DNA of 56,497 bases from contig JAOZTN010000004.1 of assembly GCA_029942245.1 (NCBI GenBank), forward strand, positions 1 to 56,497, read 5' to 3'. The notes under the pieces were generated by a model that was not told the origin of the DNA, made no database searches, and saw nothing but the letters and a program-made list of their open reading frames with translations. This document shows, piece after piece, positions 26,775-35,716 of this stretch. Source of the stretch: Bacteroidales bacterium. Lineage in GTDB: Bacteria > Bacteroidota > Bacteroidia > Bacteroidales > B18-G4. Position 1 is the stretch's first letter; every line of letters starts with the position of its first letter. A program made the translations under genes and the position numbers.

Positions 26775-27899
26775 ATGGCCGGTATTTATATTCATATCCC
26801 TTTTTGTAAGAAGAAATGCCACTATTGTAATTTCTTTTCGATGGCCTCTTCCAGGCATATGCCCTCTTTTGTGGAAACCATCAGGAAGGAGGTGCTGATT
26901 CAGAAAAACTATCTGAAAGACGAACAGATAAATACGATTTATCTGGGAGGAGGAACGCCGTCCCTGCTGAATGGCAGCATGCTGAATGCAATGTTTGAGG
27001 ACCTATATCTGCATTTTGATGTATCGCCTGCGGCGGAGATCACTATTGAGGCCAACCCTGATGATGTTAAACGGGAATGGATACGGGAGATCGGTGATAC
27101 CAGTATTAACAGGGTCAGCCTGGGTGTGCAATCATTTTTCGATGACGACCTGGCCTATCTAAATCGTGTTCATAGCGCCGAAGATGCTGATAGAGCGATC
27201 AAGAATCTGCAAGACAGCGGGTTAGAAAATATTACCATAGATCTTATTTATGGCATTCCCGGCCTGGATAGTGTGAAGTGGGAGCAAAACCTGAAACGCT
27301 TTTTTGATTATAAGCTTCCCCATCTTTCTGCATATGCCCTTACTGTAGAAGAAAAAACGGCCCTGCATACCCTGATTAAAAAAGGAAAAACCCAATCACC
27401 TGAGGACGCATCCATTGTTGAACAGTTCAAAATGCTTCTTGAACTGACGGAAGAAAACCAGTTTATTCACTATGAGATTTCTAATTTTGCCAGAGAAGGC
27501 CATTATTCACAGCACAACAGCCTCTATTGGACAGGAGGGCATTATCTTGGGCTGGGCCCGTCGGCGCACTCCTATAATGGTTATTCGCGAAGATGGAATA
27601 TGCCATCGATGAAAGCATGGCTTGACCTGGCAGAATATTATGATGAATCTTTTGAGGAGGAGGTGTTAACTGTGGATCAGCGTTATAATGAGTATGTTAT
27701 GACCTCCTTACGAACGATATGGGGTTGTGATATTGCTGTTGTCAGACAGGAATTTGGCGAAAAGCATGCCACACACCTCCTGGAGGGATCAGATCATTAT
27801 ATTGCCGACAATTCCCTTATTTTCAAGGGCAGCCGCTTGTTTCTAACAAATAAGGGCAAGCTTTTTGCTGACGGAATCGCTTCAGATCTTTTTGTATGA
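26775..27899 (+). CDS. hemW: radical SAM heme chaperone HemW (oxygen-independent coproporphyrinogen-III oxidase-like)
   Basis: Begins MAGIYIHIPFCKKKCHYCNF (CxxxCxxC radical-SAM motif). Also has GGGTPS and an HemN_C-like C-terminus. Confidence 0.9.
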   Translation: MAGIYIHIPFCKKKCHYCNFFSMASSRHMPSFVETIRKEVLIQKNYLKDEQINTIYLGGGTPSLLNGSMLNAMFEDLYLHFDVSPAAEITIEANPDDVKREWIREIGDTSINRVSLGVQSFFDDDLAYLNRVHSAEDADRAIKNLQDSGLENITIDLIYGIPGLDSVKWEQNLKRFFDYKLPHLSAYALTVEEKTALHTLIKKGKTQSPEDASIVEQFKMLLELTEENQFIHYEISNFAREGHYSQHNSLYWTGGHYLGLGPSAHSYNGYSRRWNMPSMKAWLDLAEYYDESFEEEVLTVDQRYNEYVMTSLRTIWGCDIAVVRQEFGEKHATHLLEGSDHYIADNSLIFKGSRLFLTNKGKLFADGIASDLFV

Positions 27900-28109
27900 T
27901 CAGCTTTTCTTTACAGCACAGGTATTGCATCCAATAAGCGTATATAATCCGCAGAAACCAAAAATGCTGGTTAAAAGGAATATACCTGCAATAACCCCAA
28001 GCACAATTGCGGCGACCCCACTAAGCGTTCCCATATAGATCAATATACCAACGACAATAGCCAGAATTATTCTGAGCAATCTGTCGAAAATTCCCATATT
28101 CTTTTTCAT
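27900..28109 (-). CDS. DUF2892 (YgaP-like) small membrane protein
   Basis: 69 aa. It has MGIFDRLLRIILAIVVG, two TM helices and a C-terminal CGLYTLIGCNTC. Confidence 0.7.
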   Translation of the reverse strand: MKKNMGIFDRLLRIILAIVVGILIYMGTLSGVAAIVLGVIAGIFLLTSIFGFCGLYTLIGCNTCAVKKS

Positions 28110-28175
28110 AACGATTAAGTTTTAAACCTAACAACCCAAATAAGCAAAGGGTTCATTACCGCAGCATGAAATGGT

Positions 28176-29243
28176 TTAATTCAAACAGAATTGCAGGTAT
28201 ATCGGATGATGGTCGGTGTACTTAAATCCCAGGTACATAGTTTTAATTTCAAGTACCTGTATGTTGGGGGAGCAAACGAAAAAATCGACTATGGTTGTAG
28301 GGGTTTGTCCCCCTGTGTATGATGTAGATACATCGCGATTGGTCGGAAATTCAGGGTCAAAAATCACCTGCCATTCGGAATTCGGGCCTGAAACCACTTG
28401 TTGGCCAGAAAGTTCAAAGGGACTGTCCCCACTAATAAATACCTCATTGGAATAGGTGACGGGATTCAGGTTCCAATCCCCACCGGCTATAACATAATGC
28501 CCCTCCCGGTAAGCGGAATCCATTAGTTTGTAAAGCAGTTCTAGCTGGCTGTTTCGAAGTGAACCATCATCAAATGCTGAGTTATGAGTGTTGATGATGT
28601 ACAGTTTTCCCCCCAGGGAAATATCAAATACATTGATCGAATAGCACCTGTCGGGCATAAAAAGCCCCAATGGCCATGATCGATTTCCATCAAAAGCACC
28701 CCAGGTAGAACCGGAAGGCTTTTTGCTGGTGAAGAAAGAAATGCCCGATACTACCCTCCCCATCGGATCAAAAACAGGCATAGGAACGAAGGAAACGTCG
28801 TAGTTTTTGGTAAACAAGCCGGAATGCGACTTCAAGCCTGTAGCAATTTTTTTATGCTGATTATTGTCATACGACCTGGAGGATGCCGTATCAACCTCCT
28901 GGAGCAATAAGAACTCCACGGAATTAAAAGTTTGTATATATTCCTGAATACCATCCCAGTACGCATTATATTCTGTTTTCCCCGGACGCGACATCTTTCC
29001 TCCGTCGTAAAAGAAATCTGCGTCTTTACCCAATCCGGCATACCCAATATTCCAGGTGATCAGTGACAATGTATCTTGTTTTGTGACCTGGTCATATTTC
29101 TGAAAGTCACCCAATTCATAGACCCCACCTTCAGGCTTATAGTCGTTAATGGTGTTAATAGTCAGAATGCCAAGCAGGTAGATGACAATACCGACAACAA
29201 TAATTATTACCAGCTTAAGGAGGTTAAGTATATGCTTTTTCAT
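28176..29243 (-). CDS. endonuclease/exonuclease/phosphatase (EEP) family protein, membrane-anchored
   Basis: 355 aa with an N-terminal TM. EEP motifs ITWNIGYAG, LLQEVD, GGDWNL and TDHHPIY are present. Confidence 0.85.
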   Translation of the reverse strand: MKKHILNLLKLVIIIVVGIVIYLLGILTINTINDYKPEGGVYELGDFQKYDQVTKQDTLSLITWNIGYAGLGKDADFFYDGGKMSRPGKTEYNAYWDGIQEYIQTFNSVEFLLLQEVDTASSRSYDNNQHKKIATGLKSHSGLFTKNYDVSFVPMPVFDPMGRVVSGISFFTSKKPSGSTWGAFDGNRSWPLGLFMPDRCYSINVFDISLGGKLYIINTHNSAFDDGSLRNSQLELLYKLMDSAYREGHYVIAGGDWNLNPVTYSNEVFISGDSPFELSGQQVVSGPNSEWQVIFDPEFPTNRDVSTSYTGGQTPTTIVDFFVCSPNIQVLEIKTMYLGFKYTDHHPIYLQFCLN

Positions 29244-29317
29244 ATCAGGATTTTACTGTTATAAATATACCTAATTATTTCTTAAATTTATGGCGTTTAA
29301 CCAACCTTCCTTTTTGC

Positions 29318-30859
29318 ATGGCCATACTTGGTACGATTATTAAGCGAGCTTACGAACTGAGAAGTATTCCCATTGAGATAAGGAAGAAGAAAGACTATAA
29401 CAAGGCCCAGGTAAAAGTCTTGCGTAAGCTTCTCACCAAGGCACAGAATACTGCATTTGGTGAGCATTATGAGTTTCATCGCATCCTTGGCAAGGAAGAT
29501 TTTGTGAAGGCATTCCAGGAATCAGTACCTACCTTCAATTATAACTCCATGTTCCGTAAGTGGTGGTACAGAACCATTAACGGAGAAGGATTCGTTAGCT
29601 GGCCGGGCCGGGTTAAATACTTTGCCCTGACCTCCGGAACCTCGGAATCATCCAGCAAGCAAATACCAGTGACCGGGGATATGATACGTGCCATTAGGCG
29701 TGTCAGCATTCGCCAGCTCGTGTCAACAGCCCGATATAAATTCCCTATCGAGTTCTACGAAAAGGGAATCCTTATGATCGGGGGAAGCACACATCTCAAT
29801 TACAACGGAACTTATTATGAGGGAGACCTGTCGGGTATTTCCGCCGGGAATATTCCATTCTGGTTTCAACATTTTTATAAGCCCGGAAAAAGAATTTCCC
29901 GGGAACGGGACTGGGAAACAAAGCTTGAGGAGATCATTCGTTCAGCGCCCAACTGGAATATTGGTATCATAGTAGGCGTGCCTGCATGGATACAGATCAT
30001 TTTAGAACGGATCATTGAACATCACGGGCTGAAGAATATTCATGACATATGGCCCGATCTGGCCGTATATGTTCATAGCGGGGTTTCCTTTGATCCTTAT
30101 GTAAAAAGCTTCGAGAAACTCTTTGGTAAACCCGTGATATATAACGAATCATATCTTGCATCAGAAGGATATATTGCCTACCAAAACAGGCTGGATAAGA
30201 AGATCATGCAGCTGGTCGTTGATAATGGGCTTTTTTATGAATTTGTTCCCTTTAACGACGATAATTTCGATGGTGAAGGGAATATGGTGGATAATCCAGA
30301 GGCAAAAACCCTTGATCAGGTTAAAGAGGGTGAGGAGTACGCGCTCCTATTGTCGAATTGCGCAGGTGCCTGGCGGTACATGATCGGGGATACGATCAAA
30401 TTTGTTTCCAAAGAGAGCTGTGAGATTGTGATCACAGGGCGGACAAAACATTTTCTGAGTCTTTGCGGAGAACACCTTTCACAGGAAAACATGAATATGG
30501 CTGTAAAGATGCTTCAGGATGAATTTAACCTGGAGATCAGGGAGTTTACCGTGGCCGGCTTCAGGCATGATAATATGTTTGCCCACAAGTGGTATCTGGG
30601 GACGGAAGACAAAATAGATATCGGGCTTGCAGTTGAAAAGATCGACGGATACCTGAAGGTGCTGAATGATGATTACAGAGTGGAGCGTATCGCCGCCGTA
30701 ACGGATATTTTTCTGGAAGTGTTGCCACCAAAGGCCTTTTCAAACTGGATGAAAATTCACGGAAAAGAGGGTGGTGCGAACAAATTCCCAAGGGTTCTGA
30801 AAGGTGAAAATTATGAACAGTGGGAAGCATATCTGAAAGATTTTAAAAGCAAATTATAG
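29318..30859 (+). CDS. GH3 (auxin-responsive promoter) family acyl-adenylate-forming enzyme
   Basis: 513 aa with FALTSGTSESSSKQIPVT (P-loop-like GH3 motif), YLASEGYIAYQ and RYMIGDTIKF. Confidence 0.85.
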   Translation: MAILGTIIKRAYELRSIPIEIRKKKDYNKAQVKVLRKLLTKAQNTAFGEHYEFHRILGKEDFVKAFQESVPTFNYNSMFRKWWYRTINGEGFVSWPGRVKYFALTSGTSESSSKQIPVTGDMIRAIRRVSIRQLVSTARYKFPIEFYEKGILMIGGSTHLNYNGTYYEGDLSGISAGNIPFWFQHFYKPGKRISRERDWETKLEEIIRSAPNWNIGIIVGVPAWIQIILERIIEHHGLKNIHDIWPDLAVYVHSGVSFDPYVKSFEKLFGKPVIYNESYLASEGYIAYQNRLDKKIMQLVVDNGLFYEFVPFNDDNFDGEGNMVDNPEAKTLDQVKEGEEYALLLSNCAGAWRYMIGDTIKFVSKESCEIVITGRTKHFLSLCGEHLSQENMNMAVKMLQDEFNLEIREFTVAGFRHDNMFAHKWYLGTEDKIDIGLAVEKIDGYLKVLNDDYRVERIAAVTDIFLEVLPPKAFSNWMKIHGKEGGANKFPRVLKGENYEQWEAYLKDFKSKL

Positions 30860-31498
30860 ATGATTACCCCGATTTGGGAAGGACTGATCCTTGGATTGAC
30901 CCTGGCCTTTTTATTTGGCTTTGGCCCGGCGCTCTTTGCCCTGATACAAACCAGCATACACAGAGGCTTGTGGTCGGGTTTTCAGATGGCTTTCGGTATC
31001 TTTCTGAGTGACGCTGCCCTGGTTACGCTTTGTTTGCTCGGTGCCCTGCAAATTATCAATAAAACCCCTGAAAATCAGCTGGTATTCGGAATTATTACCG
31101 GTGTTATTCTGATTATTTTCGGGGTAGTCACCTTCACACGGAAGGTAAAAATGGCCACTGAAGAGGAGAGTGAAGATAGTAAGCCACCAAACCCGGTAAC
31201 TTTCATCCTGAAAGGCTTTTTCCTCAACTTTACCAATCCCTTCGTATGGCTCTTCTGGATTCTCTGGGTAACCACTATTACTACGAATTACGAGGGGGAG
31301 ACCCATTCAGTGATTGCATTGTTTTCAACCACCTTGCTGGTTATTCTTGCTACAGATATGCTTAAATGTTTTGGAGCATATAAGATCAAGAAGTATGTTA
31401 CCTCCCACCTTATTCAGTGGATAAACTGGGTGGCAGGTGTTGGCCTGGCTGTATTTGGTATCTTTCTGCTGATCAGGGCCTTTATTGAGTTTTATTAA
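30860..31498 (+). CDS. LysE/RhtB family amino-acid (derivative) exporter
   Basis: 212 aa with 5-6 TM helices and an N-terminus like the LysE family (GLTLAFLFGFGPALFALIQTS). Its ATG directly abuts the GH3 stop codon. Confidence 0.8.
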   Translation: MITPIWEGLILGLTLAFLFGFGPALFALIQTSIHRGLWSGFQMAFGIFLSDAALVTLCLLGALQIINKTPENQLVFGIITGVILIIFGVVTFTRKVKMATEEESEDSKPPNPVTFILKGFFLNFTNPFVWLFWILWVTTITTNYEGETHSVIALFSTTLLVILATDMLKCFGAYKIKKYVTSHLIQWINWVAGVGLAVFGIFLLIRAFIEFY

Positions 31499-31515
31499 AC
31501 CCAAAAATTTGAACC

Positions 31516-32064
31516 ATGAACACAAATATTAAGAGAAACTGGTGGGTTTTGTTAATGAATGGCCTGCTGGCCATTTTATTCGGAGGCCTGGCCCTTTTTG
31601 CTACCGAGACACTGATGCTGAGCATTTCAATGTATTTCGGACTGCTGATCCTGATTGGCGGGATATTGCTGCTGATAGGGGCGTATGATAAACATCGCAA
31701 GGATAAGAACTATACGCTTATGCTTACCGAGGGGATTGTGTCTGCAATACTTGGTATTTTAATAATGGTTTTTCCCGGGCAGACACTTAAGCTGTTCTTC
31801 ATTTTTATAGGCATATGGTCCCTGCTTCTCGGGCTTTTCAAGATTTATGTGGGCATTGTTCTTCGTAAGATGACGCAGTACCGTTATATGTTCATTTTAG
31901 GGGGTATCCTCTTGTTTGCAATAGGGCTGGTATTGCTGCTGGACCCGGCATATGTGGCCGGGATGATACTTAAGATCGTCGGTGCCATTTTTGTGGTCCT
32001 GGGTATAATGATGGTATACACTTCATTTGCTGTAAAAAACACAGACAAGGAACTTTCGGAATAA
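31516..32064 (+). CDS. HdeD/DUF308 family membrane protein
   Basis: 182 aa. Begins NWWVLLMNGLLAILFGGLALF and has repeated DUF308 helices. Confidence 0.8.
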   Translation: MNTNIKRNWWVLLMNGLLAILFGGLALFATETLMLSISMYFGLLILIGGILLLIGAYDKHRKDKNYTLMLTEGIVSAILGILIMVFPGQTLKLFFIFIGIWSLLLGLFKIYVGIVLRKMTQYRYMFILGGILLFAIGLVLLLDPAYVAGMILKIVGAIFVVLGIMMVYTSFAVKNTDKELSE

Positions 32065-32093
32065 ACAAAAGATATAAATAATAACAGAATAAG

Positions 32094-32630
32094 ATGGAAA
32101 AACAATCTTTTAAGAACTGGTGGACATATACGGTAAAAGGCGTATTCGCCCTTGCTTTTGGCCTGATCGCGCTTTTTATTCCTAATGCATCTGCCGACTG
32201 GCTGGTGCAGCTGTTTGGAGGGTTTATCATTCTCAGCGGATTGTTCCTGCTATGGGGGGCTGTTGGCAACATGCGGCATCACAGCAAGTGGGGCTTATGG
32301 TTTTTTGAAGGAATTCTTGATATTGTGCTTGGGGTGCTGATCATTGTATATCACCATATCAGGGCCGACCTGGATTTATTTATCATCTTTGTTGCCATCT
32401 GGGCTATTAGTGTGGGTTTTACCCAGCTGTTCGCTGCAATGAGCGCCAACAAGGGCGTGCGTACCAGGTGGCTTTTATGGATGAACGCCATTTATGTAAT
32501 AGCAGCATCTATAGTGCTGTTCATCAACCCATACGAAACAGCCTCGCAGGCTCTTAATCAGATAGGAATCCTGGCACTGGTATTCGGAATATTCATTACG
32601 GTATATTCTTTCGGATTGAAAGAAAGCTAG
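32094..32630 (+). CDS. HdeD/DUF308 family membrane protein (tandem paralogue)
   Basis: 178 aa. Begins NWWTYTVKGVFALAFGLIALF, with the same architecture. Confidence 0.8.
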   Translation: MEKQSFKNWWTYTVKGVFALAFGLIALFIPNASADWLVQLFGGFIILSGLFLLWGAVGNMRHHSKWGLWFFEGILDIVLGVLIIVYHHIRADLDLFIIFVAIWAISVGFTQLFAAMSANKGVRTRWLLWMNAIYVIAASIVLFINPYETASQALNQIGILALVFGIFITVYSFGLKES

Positions 32631-32655
32631 TCAGGAATTTCTGAGGGAAGCGGCG

Positions 32656-34401
32656 CTATTCTTCGAATTTCATGTCTTTGATGTTTAGCTGTATAGACTT
32701 CACCCCGTTCCATTCATTTTCTTCGATATGGTAGCAGGCACTGAATTGCTTGCCCTCTCTAATGTTTTCATAATGATGCCCTTGTTGAAAGGCGATGGCT
32801 GAAAATGGGAAACCGGAAATATCAGGATGTACTACTTCCAGCTTAAGATGGTTTTTTCCTACCACCCTGGCCTTGCCGGTATCGACGAGGCCGTTGGTTG
32901 TAAAGAGAGGAGAAAGGTTGCCGGGGCCAAAGGGGGCAAACTGCCTGAGGATCCGGAAGAAGCGTGAGTTGATATCACGCAGTATGATCTCAGAATCTAT
33001 TTCAACCTCAGGTACAAGCAATTCTTTGGTAATGTGTGCATCCACATAATCCTTGAAACAATTCCTAAAATTCTCTAAATTTTCCTCCTTAAGGGACAGC
33101 CCGGCAGCATATTTATGCCCGCCGAAATGCTCAAGAAAATGGCTGCAGGCATCTACAGCGTCATAAATGTCGAAGTCTTTGACTGAACGGGCCGATCCGG
33201 TGATCAGTCCGTTGGAATAGGTGAGAACGATGGTAGGCCTGTAATAGGTCTCTGTAAGCCTTGAGGCTACGATCCCAATCACACCTTTGTGCCATTCAGG
33301 GTTATACACCACGGTGAAGTTGGCCTCACGGAGTTCTTGACTTTCCCTTATGATCCGGAGCGCATCGGTAGTAGCATGCAGGTCGAGGCTCTTGCGCTCA
33401 TCATTGAGGAGGTTGATCTTTCGGGCGATCTCCATGGCTTCCTTTTGGTCTTCTTCCACTAGCAACCTGACAGAATTCTTCGCGCTTTCGATGCGCCCTG
33501 CCGCATTGATACGGGGACCGACCATAAATACCAGGTCGCTTATAGTTAGCTCCTTGTTGAAAATGTAGTCATTTTCTACCTGATTCGTACGCTTTACATT
33601 TCCAACCAGCAGGATGGTCTCAATACCCTTCCTGGGTCCTTTGTTTATTAGTTCAAGTCCGTAATGAGCCAGTATCCTGTTTTCTCCGTTAATGGGAACA
33701 ATGTCCGCTGCAATGCTCACCACAACAAGGTCAAGAAGTGGCAATAAATCCTCCTGGGGGATATTGTGTTTCAAGGCGTATGCCTGAGCCAGCTTGAAGC
33801 CTACACCGCATCCTGAGAGTTCTTTAAAAGGGTAGGGGCAGTCGCTTCTTTTTGCATCAAGTACAGCACAAGCCGACGGGATCTCGTCACCTGGCCGGTG
33901 ATGATCGCATATGATGAAATCGAGATTAAGTTCTTTTGCGTAAATGGTTTTCTCAATGGCTTTAATGCCGCAGTCCAGAATGATCATAAGGGAATAGCCA
34001 TTTTCGCTGGCAAAGTCGATACCCTGATATGAGATACCATATCCTTCTGTGTCCCTGTCGGGGATGTAAAAGTCGACATTGGCGTAGAAACGCTTAAGGA
34101 ATGTATATACTAAGGCGACAGCTGTGGTACCATCAACGTCATAATCTCCATACACAAGGATCTTTTCGCTGCCCTTAATGGCTTTGTGTATTCGGTCAAT
34201 GGCCAGGTCCATATCCTTCATGATGAAGGGGTCGTGAAGATCATCCAACTGGGGGCGGAAATAGGAGCGGGCCTGGTCGAAAGTATGTGTTCCCCGCTGT
34301 ACCAAAAGATTAGAGAGGTTTAGGTCAATGCTCAGCTCCTCAGCCAGTTGACGTACTATTTTTTCATCCCCCTGATCCTTATATACCCAGCGTTTTTCCA
34401 T
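32656..34401 (-). CDS. recJ: single-stranded-DNA-specific exonuclease RecJ
   Basis: DHH motifs (VYGDYDVDGTT, ILDCG, ICDHHRP) and a DHHA1-type GGHKYAAG are present. I prefer the ATG at 34401 (MEKRWVYKD...). The track extension overlaps the rodA 3' end. Confidence 0.9.
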   Translation of the reverse strand: MEKRWVYKDQGDEKIVRQLAEELSIDLNLSNLLVQRGTHTFDQARSYFRPQLDDLHDPFIMKDMDLAIDRIHKAIKGSEKILVYGDYDVDGTTAVALVYTFLKRFYANVDFYIPDRDTEGYGISYQGIDFASENGYSLMIILDCGIKAIEKTIYAKELNLDFIICDHHRPGDEIPSACAVLDAKRSDCPYPFKELSGCGVGFKLAQAYALKHNIPQEDLLPLLDLVVVSIAADIVPINGENRILAHYGLELINKGPRKGIETILLVGNVKRTNQVENDYIFNKELTISDLVFMVGPRINAAGRIESAKNSVRLLVEEDQKEAMEIARKINLLNDERKSLDLHATTDALRIIRESQELREANFTVVYNPEWHKGVIGIVASRLTETYYRPTIVLTYSNGLITGSARSVKDFDIYDAVDACSHFLEHFGGHKYAAGLSLKEENLENFRNCFKDYVDAHITKELLVPEVEIDSEIILRDINSRFFRILRQFAPFGPGNLSPLFTTNGLVDTGKARVVGKNHLKLEVVHPDISGFPFSAIAFQQGHHYENIREGKQFSACYHIEENEWNGVKSIQLNIKDMKFEE

Positions 34402-34456
34402 GTATTTACTTTGATGTGTAAATATACGGATTATATCAGCTGATGTTCTAAAAGGA

Positions 34457-35716
34457 CTATAATAACTCCTTGCGGCTGGCGTCCTGCCTGATAAAAATAA
34501 AGAGAAGAATGGTAAATGCCCACAAGGAGGAACCACCATAACTGATAAATGGAAGCGGGATACCAATTACCGGCAACAGGCCTATGGTCATGCCGATATT
34601 TACCATAAAATGGAAGAATATTATGGAGGCTACGCCATAGCCGTAAATCCGGCTGAAGTTGGATCGCTGTCGTTCGGCAAGCTTGATCAGGCGGAGCAAT
34701 AATGTGAGGAATAATATGATAAGGGCCATAGACCCCAGGTAGCCCCATTCCTCGCCTATGGTACAAAAAATAAAGTCTGTGTCTTGCTCGGGAACGAAGT
34801 CATATTTTGTTTGTGTTCCTTGCAAAAATCCTTTTCCTGCGATCCCCCCGGAGCCAATCGCAATTTTGGACTGGTGCACATTATAGCCTGCACCCCTAAG
34901 GTCCAGTTCTTTTCCCAGCAGAACATTAATTCGCTTTTTTTGATGTGGCTCCAGCACATTATCAAACGCATAGTCAACGGAGAACACAAAAGCTGAGGAG
35001 ACAAGCAGAATTACAATCAGGGAAATAATGTTGGTGCTGGAGCGCCTCATGAAGTAAAAGATCACAACTGCAATGAATACGAGGAAAGCGATGATGTATA
35101 TTTTTTGTATCAGCAGCGCGACCACGAACAGCACCGTAACAGCGAGGCCAATAAGCAGAATATTTCCCGTCAGGCCTTCACGGAAAAGCACCAGGATAAA
35201 TACAACATATACGAGGGCAGAACCAGCGTCGTTTTGCAATAAAACCAGGGCCGCAGGCAGAAAAATAATGAATGATGCTATGATCTTGGTCCGCAGGCGT
35301 GAAAGGCTGACATTAAAGGTACTCAGGTATTTTGCCAGGGCCAAACTGGTGGCAAATTTGGCAAATTCAGCTGGCTGAATGGCAATACCGCCTATCTGGA
35401 ACCAGGATTTGGAGCCGGCGATCTCCGTGCCGGCAACCAGCACCGCCATCAAGGACACTATACTAATGCCGTATATGAGATATGCGAAGGTGATAAAAAA
35501 TGAGGCATCGATAATCACAATGATGAGTGCAATTCCCATGGCTGCAAAGATCCAGATCAGTTGCTTCCCGTAGCGTTGAGAGAAGTCGAATATGCTGCTG
35601 TGATCTTCGTTATATACAGCTGAATATATGTTAATCCAGCCGACAAATGCAAGCATAAGGAACAGCAATACTGTGATCCAGTCAATATTATTTAGTATGC
35701 CCTGTCGTTCCCTCAT
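34457..35716 (-). CDS. rodA: rod shape-determining protein RodA (SEDS family peptidoglycan polymerase)
   Basis: 419 aa, polytopic, with FtsW/RodA/SpoVE motifs (QPAEFAK, TDFIF, IGLLPVIGIPLPFISYGGSS). It has an ATGA overlap with mrdA. Confidence 0.9.
   Translation of the reverse strand: MRERQGILNNIDWITVLLFLMLAFVGWINIYSAVYNEDHSSIFDFSQRYGKQLIWIFAAMGIALIIVIIDASFFITFAYLIYGISIVSLMAVLVAGTEIAGSKSWFQIGGIAIQPAEFAKFATSLALAKYLSTFNVSLSRLRTKIIASFIIFLPAALVLLQNDAGSALVYVVFILVLFREGLTGNILLIGLAVTVLFVVALLIQKIYIIAFLVFIAVVIFYFMRRSSTNIISLIVILLVSSAFVFSVDYAFDNVLEPHQKKRINVLLGKELDLRGAGYNVHQSKIAIGSGGIAGKGFLQGTQTKYDFVPEQDTDFIFCTIGEEWGYLGSMALIILFLTLLLRLIKLAERQRSNFSRIYGYGVASIIFFHFMVNIGMTIGLLPVIGIPLPFISYGGSSLWAFTILLFIFIRQDASRKELL

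Noticed and set aside
26670-26858. 63-codon N-terminal extension of the DUF362 ORF
   Set aside because: The extension crosses the divergent hemW promoter box and start codon. The internal ATG at 26669 gives a canonical twin-arginine leader right at the N-terminus.
34402-34566. 55-codon N-terminal extension of the recJ ORF
   Set aside because: It overlaps the 3' end of rodA and has no RecJ-like sequence. The ATG at 34401 gives the expected RecJ N-terminus.
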